A DNA stretch of 64,000 nt, from assembly GCA_016871195.1 (NCBI GenBank), contig VFZN01000012.1:16302-80301 (forward strand), in the 5' to 3' direction. The position numbers were made by a program, and so were the translations under genes. The stretch's first letter is position 1, and every line of letters starts with the position of its first letter. The notes under the pieces are model-generated. The model searched no databases and was not told the DNA's origin. It saw only the letters and a list, made by a program, of their open reading frames with translations. Positions 48,579 through 58,969 of the stretch are shown piece after piece. The stretch comes from Acidobacteriota bacterium (GTDB lineage Bacteria > Acidobacteriota > Vicinamibacteria > Vicinamibacterales > UBA2999).

Positions 48579-50153
48579 TCATGGCCGGGTGCGCACGATC
48601 GGCAGCCCGCCGGTCTTCACTGCCTCGTCAAGCACATTCCACGTAACGAGGCTGTCATTCGATCGCGGCTCAAGCAGATAGAAGGCGAGGCGCGCCAGGG
48701 GCTGCGTCATCGGCACGCGGAACGCACCGGCATCGACGGTGATCGCTGCGGCGGCCCAGCTTCCGGTGACCGTGCGTTCCTGATGATTCTCGAATGGCTG
48801 CGGTGTGACGCTCGTCGAGGCAATCGTGAAGGTCTCGAGGCCCGACGTCGCCGGCTGGGTCACCGGCTCGAGCCGGATGCCGTGTGCGCGCAGGCGCTCG
48901 ATCACGACCTTTTCGGCGGCGGGAATGTAATAGGCCGCCGGCACACGCTCACGGTCGGTCGACGTGAATGTGGTCTCATCCCACATCTTTTCCGGGGTCC
49001 GCACGTCGCGCCGGCGGTGCATGATGCGGCCCGAATAGGGATTGACCTCTTCGTCAACGGCGCCCATCAGAATCTCAATCGGCTCGGCGGCACGGGCGAC
49101 CTGTGATCGAATCGACAGGGTCTGGCCGACCAGCGAGGCGGCATCCGCTGCAGCCGTGGCCTCGCGCAGCGACCGGGCATTGGCGTGGGCGTAGGCTAGC
49201 ACTTCCTCGACAAAGCGACGGTTGGTGGTGACGCGTTCACGGAAGGGCAGGTACGAGTAGACCTCGCTCAGGATGCCGAAGCGGTTCCGCAGGCCCCAGT
49301 AATTGTGCGTGTAGCGCGGCAGGTCTTCCACCGTGGTCCACGTACGCATTGGTGCCTGCCCCGACACATTGCCGTACGACCGGAAAGCCCAGCCGTCCCG
49401 CGTCGCAATGCGCTCTTCCACCTGACGCAGCCAGGCGCGCGACTGCGCCGTAATCTCAGGGCGCACCGCAGGATTGTTCGGAATTTCGTAGGTTAGGTGA
49501 TACGCATGCCGTGATCCGTTGGTGGTGTGCAGATCGAGCATCACGTGCGGGTCATAGTCGTTGAGCAGCCGCACCATCGATCGGGCTTCCGGGGTCTCAA
49601 GCTTGATGTTGTCGCGGTTGATGTTGAGGCCCTGGGCATTCGGACGTGTGCCCTGCCCGCCAATCGGCCCGTGCTGGAATCCGCGGCTGGTGAGGGTCAC
49701 CTTCTCGTTGCCGTCGGCGTTGTAGATCGGGTTGACCAGCAGCACCATCGACGTGAGCCAGTCGGCGTGCTGGCCACGCGCGATGTCACGGATGAGCGCC
49801 AGCATCACTTCCTTGCCCTCGACTTCGCCGGCGTGGATGTTGGCCTGGACATAGACGCGCAGCAGGCCCGACTGTTTCACGGTCTCCGGTCGCGCATCAG
49901 CCACGTTGCCCACGACGGCGAGCGGAAGGCGACGCCCTTCGAAGGTGTAGCCGAACGAGGTCAGGTGCACCTTCGGCGACGCCTCGTCCACCACCTGCAA
50001 AAACGCCTGCACATCGTCGTAGCGGCTGGTTTCCGCGAAGTCACTCTGTTCCGCGCGGGTCTTCAGGGTCGCCAGCGACGGAGGAGCCTGAGCCGAGAGA
50101 GAGACGGTGCAGGTCAGCAGGGCAAGCAGCGCAGCGCGGGCGGGAAAGGTCAT
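48579..50153 (-). CDS. M14 family zinc carboxypeptidase, exported
   Basis: NIHAGE, YNADG, NRD and DLHTTNGS; signal peptide. Confidence 0.88.
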   Translation of the reverse strand: MTFPARAALLALLTCTVSLSAQAPPSLATLKTRAEQSDFAETSRYDDVQAFLQVVDEASPKVHLTSFGYTFEGRRLPLAVVGNVADARPETVKQSGLLRVYVQANIHAGEVEGKEVMLALIRDIARGQHADWLTSMVLLVNPIYNADGNEKVTLTSRGFQHGPIGGQGTRPNAQGLNINRDNIKLETPEARSMVRLLNDYDPHVMLDLHTTNGSRHAYHLTYEIPNNPAVRPEITAQSRAWLRQVEERIATRDGWAFRSYGNVSGQAPMRTWTTVEDLPRYTHNYWGLRNRFGILSEVYSYLPFRERVTTNRRFVEEVLAYAHANARSLREATAAADAASLVGQTLSIRSQVARAAEPIEILMGAVDEEVNPYSGRIMHRRRDVRTPEKMWDETTFTSTDRERVPAAYYIPAAEKVVIERLRAHGIRLEPVTQPATSGLETFTIASTSVTPQPFENHQERTVTGSWAAAAITVDAGAFRVPMTQPLARLAFYLLEPRSNDSLVTWNVLDEAVKTGGLPIVRTRP

Positions 50154-50190
50154 ATCCGGATTCTACGGGGAATTGCGGGCACGCGCTATC

Positions 50191-52491
50191 ATGACGCCCG
50201 TTGTGAGCACACGCCGTCTAGCCCTTGGGGCCCTTGTGTGGGGACTGCTGGCGTGGGCACCTGCCGTGCGAGCCCAGTCCGCGGCCGACGCGGGGGAGGC
50301 CGTCGGTGCGGGGAGGCATGAGCCGCTCATACCCTCGCTTGTCGCACGCCGCGCGGCAGACGATGTGACCGTGCGCGCGGTGCGGGTGACGCCGTCGCTC
50401 AAGGTGGATGGCGTACTCGACGAGCCGATCTACCAGCAGGTGAGGCCGCTGACCGACTTCATTCAGCAGGAACCTCGCGAGGGGCAGCTGGCGACAGAGA
50501 AGACCGAGGCCTGGATTTTGTTCGATGACCAGAGCTTCTACGTTGCGGCTCGCCTCTGGGATTCGCAGCCGGACCGGGAGGTGGCGAATGAGCTGCGTCG
50601 CGACAACGGCAACATCCTCGGCAACGAGAACCTAACCTTCGTGATCGACACCCTGCACGATCGGCGCAACGGGTATCTGTTCCAGACCAATCCGCTCGGC
50701 GCCCTGCGCGACATGACCATTACCGACGACCAGCAGAATTCCGCGTGGAACGGCATCTGGTACGTGAAGACGCAGCGATTCTCTGGCGGATGGACCGTTG
50801 AAGTCGCGATTCCGTTCAAGACCCTGCGATACAAGGGCGCCGGGCCGCAAACGTGGGGCATCAACCTGCGGCGGCTGGTCAAGTGGAAGAATGAGTTTTC
50901 GTATTTGTCGCTCGTGCCCGCGGCATTGGGCACGACTGGTGTCAGTCGCATGGCGTCGGCAGCGACGGTCGAGGGCCTCGAGACACCCGCACAGTCGAAG
51001 AACATCGAGTTCAAGCCGTACGGACTGGCGCAGTCCACAGGGCTGCGTCGTCCTAGCGGCCAGCTCGATTCGGCGGTGGGCGGGAACGGCGGGCTCGACG
51101 CCAAGTATGGCCTCACGCGCAGCCTGATCTTTGATGCGACGTGGCGCACCGACTTTGCCCAGGTCGAGGAAGACCTGCAGCAGATCAACCTGACGCGGTT
51201 CAGCCTGTTCTTCCCGGAGAAGCGCGAGTTTTTCATCGAGGGACAGGGCATCTTCGACTTCGGCGGCGTGCAGGCCGGCAACAGCCCCGGCGATGTGCCG
51301 TTGCTGTTCTACAGCCGGCGCATCGGCCTCAATCAGGGGCAGGCGATTCCGGTCATCGGCGGGGGTCGCCTCACGGGGCGGGCCGGGGCGTACAGCATCG
51401 GGGCGCTGAACATCCATACGGCAGACACCCCGGCCGCCGGAGCCGTGCAGACGGGGTTCTCGGCGCTGCGCCTCAAGCGCAACATCTTCAAGCGCAGCAA
51501 CGTGGGCATCATGGCCACGCATCGCCAGCCCGTGCGGGGGCTGCCAGCCAGCACCTCATTCGGCGCGGATGCGACGTTGCTCTTCAGGACCTCCATCAAC
51601 GTCACAGGCTTTGTCGCGCGCACCGACACGCCCAACCGGGCCGGCGTGCCGGTGACAGGCTATAGCTATCGGGGACGCGCCGACTATACGACCGATCGCT
51701 ACGGCCTGGCCGCGGAGCACCTGCTGATTGATCCCGGATTTGCGCCGGATGTGGGCTTCACGCGGCGGACGGACGTGCGGCGCACCTTCGTGCAGGCGCG
51801 CTTCAGTCCGCGCCCCCGACGCAGCCGCAGCCGCATTGTCAGGAAGCTGACGTGGCAGGTGGGCGGCGAGTATGTGACCGACGCCGCAGTGCAGCAGCGG
51901 CAGACCGGTGAGGTCAATGGGCTGTTCAGGCTCGACTTTCAGTCGAGCGACCAGGTGTCGATCGAGCACACGAGGGAATTCGAATACCTGCCGGGCGCCT
52001 TCACTGTCTCGCCCGGTGTGGTGGTGCCGAAGGGCGACTACAGCTTCTCGAGCACGCGACTCGCATACACCCTTGGACAGCAGCGGCCATTCTCGGGGCG
52101 CATCTCGGTCGCGACCGGCACGCTCTACAACGGTCAGCGATCAGACCTGGCCTACAGCGGGCGCTGGGGTGTGCATCCGCGGATGTCGGTCGAGCCGACC
52201 GCGACGCTCAACTGGGTATCGCTGCCGTATGGAACCTTCAACGCGCGTCTGGTAGGCGCGCGCGTGACGGTGACGCCCACGCCGCGCATGGTGCTGAGCA
52301 GCCTGGTGCAGCTGAACATCGATGCGCGCACGCTGACGTCGAGTGCGCGGCTGCGGTGGGAGTACACCGGCGGCAGCGAAGTGTTTCTCGTCTACACCGA
52401 CGGCCGCGACACGGCACTGCGTCCCGGCATGATGACGACCGTGCAGAACCGGACGCTGGCCTTCAAGGTGACGCGGCTGTTCCGGTTCTGA
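50191..52491 (+). CDS. DUF5916 outer-membrane protein with an N-terminal CBM9-like domain
   Basis: VDGVLDEP, F.TNPLG, GWTVEVAIPFKTLRY, DFAQVE.D..QINLTRFSLFFPEKREFF and C-terminal TRLFRF. Start may be GTG50203. Confidence 0.88.
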   Translation: MTPVVSTRRLALGALVWGLLAWAPAVRAQSAADAGEAVGAGRHEPLIPSLVARRAADDVTVRAVRVTPSLKVDGVLDEPIYQQVRPLTDFIQQEPREGQLATEKTEAWILFDDQSFYVAARLWDSQPDREVANELRRDNGNILGNENLTFVIDTLHDRRNGYLFQTNPLGALRDMTITDDQQNSAWNGIWYVKTQRFSGGWTVEVAIPFKTLRYKGAGPQTWGINLRRLVKWKNEFSYLSLVPAALGTTGVSRMASAATVEGLETPAQSKNIEFKPYGLAQSTGLRRPSGQLDSAVGGNGGLDAKYGLTRSLIFDATWRTDFAQVEEDLQQINLTRFSLFFPEKREFFIEGQGIFDFGGVQAGNSPGDVPLLFYSRRIGLNQGQAIPVIGGGRLTGRAGAYSIGALNIHTADTPAAGAVQTGFSALRLKRNIFKRSNVGIMATHRQPVRGLPASTSFGADATLLFRTSINVTGFVARTDTPNRAGVPVTGYSYRGRADYTTDRYGLAAEHLLIDPGFAPDVGFTRRTDVRRTFVQARFSPRPRRSRSRIVRKLTWQVGGEYVTDAAVQQRQTGEVNGLFRLDFQSSDQVSIEHTREFEYLPGAFTVSPGVVVPKGDYSFSSTRLAYTLGQQRPFSGRISVATGTLYNGQRSDLAYSGRWGVHPRMSVEPTATLNWVSLPYGTFNARLVGARVTVTPTPRMVLSSLVQLNIDARTLTSSARLRWEYTGGSEVFLVYTDGRDTALRPGMMTTVQNRTLAFKVTRLFRF

Positions 52492-52509
52492 GTCGGGGCG
52501 GACGCTGCC

Positions 52510-53712
52510 TCAATCCTCCGGGGCTCCGGGGAGCAGCGGCTCGAGGTCGAGGGCCTGCGGCCCCTGCTCGGTGCAGACGGCGTACTTCGTTTCGCCGGCA
52601 CGGTACATCGAGACGCCGGCATACTCGCCCTTCTTGTTGAGCACAAAGAACCGGATGTTGAAGTTGGGCAGCCCGCGGGCATTCAGCAGTCGGCGTTCGA
52701 TGGTGTTCGCCCGGATGCGCCTGAGCGCCTCGAGCCCGGCATCTTTCGGAGCGAGGCCCCGGCGCAGGCCCTCCACGATGAGGAACGACGACAGGTTGTA
52801 GAGGTTGGCTTCACCGCGCCCGGTAGAGCCGGCGGCCCCGACTTCGTTGTCGACATACAGACCGGCGCCGAGAATCGGCGAGTCGCCGGTGCGGCCGGGA
52901 ATCTTCCACGCCAGGCCGCTGGTCGTGGTGACACCGCACAGGTCACCCTGCGGGCCGATGCCCTCGCAGTTGATGGTGCCCCAGAAACTGCCCTCGGCAA
53001 TCAAACCGTCGCGCACCATCGCCCGTCCGGCCGCGAGCGCGCGCGATTCCTGCTCGCGCTCCTGCAGCAGGTGGGCGGCGGCGTCGCCGGGATCCTTTTC
53101 GCCGGGATCCTTTTCGTGACGATCGCGCGGGCTGCGGCCCGTACCTGTGGGGTCGAGCCAGTGTTCCGGGTCAGAGCGCCGCTTCCACTCGCGCCACAGC
53201 TTTCGCGAGTTGGCCGTGTTGAGGTCATCCTCCACCGTGAAGCCCATCTGTCGCGCAAAGCTCTGTGCGCCTGTGCCCACCAGCAGGTGATGGTCGGTGT
53301 AGTCCATAACGGCTTTGGCCACCAGCGACGGCGTGCGCACGCCCTGCAGGCTGGCGACGGCCCCGGCGCGCTTCCTGGGCCCATGCATGCACGAGGCATC
53401 CAGTTCGACCACGCCATCGGCGTTCGGGAGGGCACCGTATCCGATGCCGGTTTCCAGGGGGTCGAGTTCGGGGATGTTGACGCCGGCAATCAGCGCGTCG
53501 AGCACGTCGCTGCCGTCGGTGATCAGCCGGAAGGCACGCGCAACGGCGTTCTCGCTGCCGCCATTCGTGAATTCAAATCCCGAATAGTCGGCGATGACGA
53601 CCGGCCGCACCGTGCGCTGCAGCCACAGCGTGGCGGCGCGGGCCTCGGTGGTGGGCAGGCTGGCGGTCAGTCCCGCAGCGGTGCAGGCCACGAATTCGCG
53701 TCGGTTCAGCAT
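52510..53712 (-). CDS. N4-(beta-N-acetylglucosaminyl)-L-asparaginase family (Ntn hydrolase), Tat signal
   Basis: NRREF, GYGALPN..G.VELDASCM, GTINC, TTTSGL..K.PGR.GDSPI.GAG and TG.GE. Confidence 0.9.
   Translation of the reverse strand: MLNRREFVACTAAGLTASLPTTEARAATLWLQRTVRPVVIADYSGFEFTNGGSENAVARAFRLITDGSDVLDALIAGVNIPELDPLETGIGYGALPNADGVVELDASCMHGPRKRAGAVASLQGVRTPSLVAKAVMDYTDHHLLVGTGAQSFARQMGFTVEDDLNTANSRKLWREWKRRSDPEHWLDPTGTGRSPRDRHEKDPGEKDPGDAAAHLLQEREQESRALAAGRAMVRDGLIAEGSFWGTINCEGIGPQGDLCGVTTTSGLAWKIPGRTGDSPILGAGLYVDNEVGAAGSTGRGEANLYNLSSFLIVEGLRRGLAPKDAGLEALRRIRANTIERRLLNARGLPNFNIRFFVLNKKGEYAGVSMYRAGETKYAVCTEQGPQALDLEPLLPGAPED
53084..53116 (-). repeat. In-frame 15-bp tandem duplication (EKDPG x2)
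   Basis: tcgccgggatccttt is repeated on the + strand. Confidence 0.85.
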
Positions 53713-53784
53713 CAGGGGCTCCTCTGGAAGGCTCGATCCTTCGGGGCATCCTAGCGCAGATCGGGCCGTGGTATCGTCGCCGCC

Positions 53785-55389
53785 ATGCGCATTCGATGGA
53801 TTCTCCTGCTGGCGTCTGTGCTGGGCGGCATGCCGCTGCTGCTCCGGGCGCAGGCCCCTGTTGCGGTCGTCTTCGACGTCGTGCTGGTTGGTGGTCGCGT
53901 GGTCGACGGATCGGGCGCGCCGTGGTACGCGGCTGACGTCGGTATCCGTGGCGATCGGATCGCGGTGATCGGGCGCCTGTCCGGAGCCGATGCCCGTGTG
54001 CGGATTGATGCGCGCGGACTGGTGGTGGCCCCGGGATTCATCGATCCCCATGTCCACGCCCGCGAGCGGCTGATGGAACTGCCCGCGGCCGAGGGCTATC
54101 TGCTGCAGGGGCTCACGACGGTGGTCGACGGGAATGATGGCAGTTCACCGCTGCCGCTGACTCCGTGGTTCGAGCGGGTGGCGATCACGCGGGTGTCACC
54201 CAACGTGGCCCTCTTCGTGGGCCACGGGACGATCCGTGACTCGGTGATGGGCGCGGCCAATCGCTTTGCGTCGCCTGCGGAACTCGCACGGATGAAGGCG
54301 CTGGTCGACGCCGCGATGAAAGAAGGTGCCCTCGGTCTCTCCACGGGCCTCGCCTATGTCCCGGGCACCTACGCGCCAACGGACGAAATCGTGGCGCTGG
54401 CCGAGGTGGCGCGCGAGCATGGTGGTATCTACATCTCGCACATGCGCGACGAGGGGGGAGGTGTGCTCGACTCGGTACGCGAGACCATTGCCATCGGCGT
54501 ACGGGCCCGCATTCCGGTGCAGATCAGCCACCACAAGGTAGGGGGACGTCGCCAGTTCGGGCAGACGGTGCAGTCGCTGACCCTGATGGCCGAGGCGCGC
54601 GCGCGTGGCGTCGATGTCACCTTCGATCAGTATCCCTACACGGCGTCGCACACCGGACTCTCGCTGATCTTCCCGCGCTGGTCACTGGCCGACGGCAAGC
54701 TGGCCGAACGACTGGCCAACCCGTCCCTGCGCCGCGAAATCACCTCGGGCATGCTCGATTTCATCGACGAGCGCTTTGGTGACGAGCCAGCCCGCATCCA
54801 GCTGGCCCGCTGCGGCCATGACGCCTCCCTGAGCGGAAAGACGGTGGCTGATCTGCTCAAAGCTGCCGGGCAGCCGATGACACAGACTGCGACGGCGGAG
54901 ATGGTGATTGACCTGCAGCTGAAGGGCGGCTGCAGCGCCATCTTCCATGCGTACGATGAGCCCGATGTCGAGCGGCTGCTGCAGTCGCCGCTGGGCATGA
55001 TCGGGTCGGACGGCAGTCTGACACAGCCGGGCGATGGGTCTCCGCATCCTCGGGCCTATGGCACCTATCCCCGGGTGCTGGGCCGGTATGTGCGCGAGCG
55101 CGGGCTGCTTCCGCTCGAAGAGGCCGTCAGGAAGATGACATCGTTCCCTGCCGCGCGGCTGGGCCTGTCGGACCGCGGCCTGCTGCGTCCCGGACTCATG
55201 GCCGACATCACGGTGTTCAATCCGACGATGGTCGCCGATCGCGCTACCTATGCCGACCCGCATCACTATTCCGTCGGCGTACGGTATGTGCTGGTGAATG
55301 GCCAGGTCACGGTCTCGGAGGGCACACACACAGGGGTGCGTGCGGGACGGGTGCTGCGCGGGCCGGGCGCGGCGGGTCGACCGCGCTGA
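53785..55389 (+). CDS. N-acyl-D-amino-acid deacylase family amidohydrolase (second copy)
   Basis: PGFIDPHVH, SHMRDE, SHHK, DQYPY.AS and HPRAYGTYPRVLG. Confidence 0.9.
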   Translation: MRIRWILLLASVLGGMPLLLRAQAPVAVVFDVVLVGGRVVDGSGAPWYAADVGIRGDRIAVIGRLSGADARVRIDARGLVVAPGFIDPHVHARERLMELPAAEGYLLQGLTTVVDGNDGSSPLPLTPWFERVAITRVSPNVALFVGHGTIRDSVMGAANRFASPAELARMKALVDAAMKEGALGLSTGLAYVPGTYAPTDEIVALAEVAREHGGIYISHMRDEGGGVLDSVRETIAIGVRARIPVQISHHKVGGRRQFGQTVQSLTLMAEARARGVDVTFDQYPYTASHTGLSLIFPRWSLADGKLAERLANPSLRREITSGMLDFIDERFGDEPARIQLARCGHDASLSGKTVADLLKAAGQPMTQTATAEMVIDLQLKGGCSAIFHAYDEPDVERLLQSPLGMIGSDGSLTQPGDGSPHPRAYGTYPRVLGRYVRERGLLPLEEAVRKMTSFPAARLGLSDRGLLRPGLMADITVFNPTMVADRATYADPHHYSVGVRYVLVNGQVTVSEGTHTGVRAGRVLRGPGAAGRPR

Positions 55390-55481
55390 CCTCGACCCTG
55401 GCGATGAGGGGTCGCATTGAGTGGGCTTATCAAGATGCGTACTGGATAAGAGTAACTTATATTCCAATGCAATGATTCGAC

Positions 55482-55510
55482 TTGACCTTCCGTGACGGGG
55501 GGGCTGTAAT
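55482..55510 (+). promoter_or_regulatory. Putative sigma70 promoter of ilvBNC
   Basis: TTGACC-17 nt-TGTAAT, preceded by an AT-rich segment with inverted repeats. Confidence 0.6.
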
Positions 55511-55541
55511 ACGGGGAACGGCGTCAGAGTCGCCGAATCCT

Positions 55542-57248
55542 ATGAGCACACGCACACTGACAGGAGCGCAGATTCTGTGGGAGAGCCTCGTGCGCGAAGG
55601 CGTCGAGGTCGTGTTCGGGTATCCGGGCGGCGCAATCCTGCCGGCGTACGACGCCATGCTCGACTATCCCATTCGGCACATTCTGGTCCGGCATGAACAG
55701 GGTGCCACGCACATGGCTGATGGCTATGCCCGCGCCACCGGCAAGGTCGGCGTAGCGATCGCCACCTCCGGACCAGGTGCGACCAACATGGTGACCGGTA
55801 TCGCCACGGCCCAGATGGACTCGTCACCCATCGTGTGCATCACCGGCCAGGTGGGCAGCGGCCTCATCGGCAGCGATGCGTTTCAGGAAACCGACATTAC
55901 CGGCATCACCTTGCCCATCACCAAGCACAACTATCTGGTCACCCATGCCAGCGAGGTGGCGGCGGCGGTGCGCGAGGCCTTCGCGGTGGCCCGGCATGGA
56001 CGCCCCGGACCGGTGCTGATTGACATCACCAAGGACGCCCAGCTGGGCACGTGCGACTTCGACTGGGAGGCCGCGACGCCCGACATCGAGGCGATCGATC
56101 GATCCGGGCAGGGGTTCGGGGCCGACGCCATCGAGCTCATCAACAAAGCGCAGCGCCCGTTGATCCTCGCCGGCCACGGCATCATCCTCGGCGGCGGCAC
56201 TGCCGCTGTGCAGCGGCTGTCCGAGCAGGCGCAGATTCCCGTGGCGATGACGCTGCTCGGCATCGGCAGCGTGCCGGCATCGCATCCGCTCAATCTGGGC
56301 ATGATGGGCATGCACGGCGAGGCATGGGTCAACACCGCCATCCAGGAAGCCGACCTGCTCATCGCCCTTGGCATGCGCTTCGACGATCGCGTGACCGGCA
56401 ACACTAGGACGTACGCGCCGCATGCGAAGAAGATTCATGTCGATATCGATCCGGCTGAGTTCAACAAGAACATCCGCGTCGATGCCGCCATCTCAGGGGA
56501 CGTCGGCGAGGTAGTCACCGGGTGGCTGCCTCACCTGGCATCAGTTGACCGCTCACCGTGGCTTGACCATATCAACAGGATGCGCGGCGATGTTGCCGTG
56601 CGCGACATCAAGAACATGCCCGATCAAGGGCATCTCTACGCCGCACATGTCATTCACGACATCTGGCGCATCACGGGCGGCAATGCCATCGTCGTGACCG
56701 ATGTGGGGCAGCACCAGATGTGGGAAGCCCAGTATTATCATCACGAGGCGCCTCGCTCGCTGATCACGTCGGGAGGGCTGGGCACGATGGGCTTCGCACT
56801 GCCCGCAGCCATCGGCGCCAAGGTCGGACGGCCCGATGCCGAAGTATGGGTGGTCGTCGGTGACGGCGGCTTCCAGATGACCCTCTGCGAACTGGCCACG
56901 ATGGTCCAGGAAGAACTTGATGTGAAGGTCTGCATCATCAACAACGGCTATCTCGGGATGGTGCGCCAGTGGCAGGAGTTCTTCTACCAGCGCCGCTATG
57001 CCGCCACGCCCATCACGGCACCAGACTTCGAGAAGCTGGCCGCGGCATACGGCGTCTGGGGCGCCACCGTCGAGGCCCGCAGCGAGGTTGAATCGACCGT
57101 CGAAGCGGCCCGCCGGAACACCAGAGGCGCAGTCATCGACTTCCGCGTCGAGCAGGAAGACTCGGTCTTCCCGATGGTGCCCGCGGGCAACGACCTCCAC
57201 AACATGATTCGCCGTCCGTCTCCGATCGTCGAGACTGCAGCAGACTGA
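55542..57248 (+). CDS. ilvB: Acetolactate synthase large subunit
   Basis: FGYPGGAIL, RHEQ, TSGPGATN, TDVGQHQMW and GDGGFQM...NN.YLGMVRQWQ. Confidence 0.97.
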   Translation: MSTRTLTGAQILWESLVREGVEVVFGYPGGAILPAYDAMLDYPIRHILVRHEQGATHMADGYARATGKVGVAIATSGPGATNMVTGIATAQMDSSPIVCITGQVGSGLIGSDAFQETDITGITLPITKHNYLVTHASEVAAAVREAFAVARHGRPGPVLIDITKDAQLGTCDFDWEAATPDIEAIDRSGQGFGADAIELINKAQRPLILAGHGIILGGGTAAVQRLSEQAQIPVAMTLLGIGSVPASHPLNLGMMGMHGEAWVNTAIQEADLLIALGMRFDDRVTGNTRTYAPHAKKIHVDIDPAEFNKNIRVDAAISGDVGEVVTGWLPHLASVDRSPWLDHINRMRGDVAVRDIKNMPDQGHLYAAHVIHDIWRITGGNAIVVTDVGQHQMWEAQYYHHEAPRSLITSGGLGTMGFALPAAIGAKVGRPDAEVWVVVGDGGFQMTLCELATMVQEELDVKVCIINNGYLGMVRQWQEFFYQRRYAATPITAPDFEKLAAAYGVWGATVEARSEVESTVEAARRNTRGAVIDFRVEQEDSVFPMVPAGNDLHNMIRRPSPIVETAAD

Positions 57249-57255
57249 GTCGCGC

Positions 57256-57807
57256 ATGCAGACCTTTGCCGTCTATGTCGACAATGTACCCGGGGTGCTC
57301 AACCGGGTCTCATCCCTCTTTCGCCGTCGCGCCTTCAACATCGAGTCACTGACCGTTGGTCACACCGAGGTCGACGGCCTCTCGCGCATGACCATCGTCG
57401 TCGATACCGACGAACGGGGCGGCCGACTTGTCGAGGCTAATCTCTACAAGGTGCTGCCCGTGCGGCGCGTGGTCAATATCACCCAGATGCCGACCATCGC
57501 CCGCGACCTGGCGATGATCAAGGTGCAGGCCAATGCTGAGAGCCGGCCGCAGGTGATGCAGCTCGTCGAGGTGTACCGCGCGCGCATTGTCGACGTCAGC
57601 CCCGAGACGCTGGTGATTGAAACCACCGGTACTGAAGACAAGGTCGACAGCCTGCTCGAAATCCTCAAGCCGTACGGTGTGCTCGAAATGGTGCGCACCG
57701 GTCGCATCGAAATGGCCCGCGGATCCATCGAGGGGCCCGCCCTTGTGCCCGGCCGTGCCATGCACGGCGCTCGCGGCCCCCACGACAGCGGCGCGATGTC
57801 GGTGTAA
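57256..57807 (+). CDS. ilvN: Acetolactate synthase small subunit
   Basis: VDN.PGVLNRV..LF.RR.FNIESL ACT domain and E.VRTG. Confidence 0.95.
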   Translation: MQTFAVYVDNVPGVLNRVSSLFRRRAFNIESLTVGHTEVDGLSRMTIVVDTDERGGRLVEANLYKVLPVRRVVNITQMPTIARDLAMIKVQANAESRPQVMQLVEVYRARIVDVSPETLVIETTGTEDKVDSLLEILKPYGVLEMVRTGRIEMARGSIEGPALVPGRAMHGARGPHDSGAMSV

Positions 57808-57853
57808 ACCGCCGATGCGCGCGTCATCCACCACAGACGGGAGACAGTGACGA

Positions 57854-58885
57854 ATGGCGACGATGTATTACGACGCGGATGCGGACCTGAGCCTCATTCA
57901 GGGAAAAAAAGTGGCGATCATCGGCTATGGATCGCAGGGGCACGCGCACGCGCTCAATCTGAAGGACAGCGGCGTGGATGTCCGGGTCGGTCTGGCGGAG
58001 GGCAGCCGGTCGCGGGCAAAGGCCCAGGCGGCCGGGCTGGAGGTGGGCACGCCGGGTGAGGTGACCGCCTGGGCCGACGTCGTCATGATGCTGGTGCCCG
58101 ATACGACGGCTGCCCAGCTGTATACGGACGAAGTGGGCCCGAATCTGGCGGCTGGCAAGATACTGATGTTCGCACATGGCTTCAACATCCGGTTCGGGGC
58201 CATCACACCTCGGTCCGACATTGACGTGGCCATGGTCGCCCCCAAGTCGCCTGGCCATCGCGTGCGCGAGCTCTATCAGGAAGGCGCAGGCACCCCGGCC
58301 CTGTTCGCAGTGCACCAGGACGCCACCGGACACGCGCGTGCCCTCACGCTGTCGTATGCCAAGGGCATCGGCGTCACCCGCGCGGGTGTCATCGAAACCA
58401 CGTTTGCTGAAGAGACCGAGACCGACCTGTTCGGCGAGCAGGCCGTGCTGTGTGGAGGCGTGAGCGCGCTGGTCAAGGCCAGCTTCGACACCCTCGTCAA
58501 GGCGGGCTATCAGCCAGAGGTGGCCTACTTCGAGTGCCTCCACGAGCTCAAGCTCATCGTCGATCTGATGTATCAGGGTGGCCTCAACTACATGCGCTAC
58601 TCCATCAGCGACACGGCCGAGCACGGTGACTACACTGCGGGACCGCGCATCGTGACCGACGAGACGCGCAGGGCGATGCAGGCGATTCTCGACGACATCC
58701 GCAGCGGTCGATACGCCGACGGCTGGATCGCCGAAAACCGCACGGGCCGTGGCACCTTTGAGGCCATGCGCCGGGGCGAACGGTCGCACCAGATCGAGAC
58801 GGTCGGAGCGCAGCTGCGGTCGATGATGCCGTTCCTGCGGCCGGTGACCATCACCGACGACGACGTGCGGCCGACGTCGGCCTGA
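57854..58885 (+). CDS. ilvC: Ketol-acid reductoisomerase
   Basis: [33 protein letters not shown] and [13 protein letters not shown]. Confidence 0.98.
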   Translation: MATMYYDADADLSLIQGKKVAIIGYGSQGHAHALNLKDSGVDVRVGLAEGSRSRAKAQAAGLEVGTPGEVTAWADVVMMLVPDTTAAQLYTDEVGPNLAAGKILMFAHGFNIRFGAITPRSDIDVAMVAPKSPGHRVRELYQEGAGTPALFAVHQDATGHARALTLSYAKGIGVTRAGVIETTFAEETETDLFGEQAVLCGGVSALVKASFDTLVKAGYQPEVAYFECLHELKLIVDLMYQGGLNYMRYSISDTAEHGDYTAGPRIVTDETRRAMQAILDDIRSGRYADGWIAENRTGRGTFEAMRRGERSHQIETVGAQLRSMMPFLRPVTITDDDVRPTSA

Positions 58886-58969
58886 GGCCCGTCGCTGCGG
58901 TGAACCGTGACGGGGCAGCCCGGGGTGGGAGGCCCGTCGATGGATTGGTATAGTGTGGCCCGGTCATCC

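Noticed and set aside
11720-55413. Short CCCTCATC..GGG hairpins after stop codons (11720, 38797, 55394) as a REP-like family
   Set aside because: Only about 8 bp are shared, spacing and orientation vary, and chance is plausible at this GC content.
55404-55475. 23-aa ORF MRGRIEWAYQDAYWIRVTYIPMQ as an ilv attenuator leader
   Set aside because: No run of Ile/Leu/Val codons, no terminator with U-tract, and it lies upstream of the predicted promoter.
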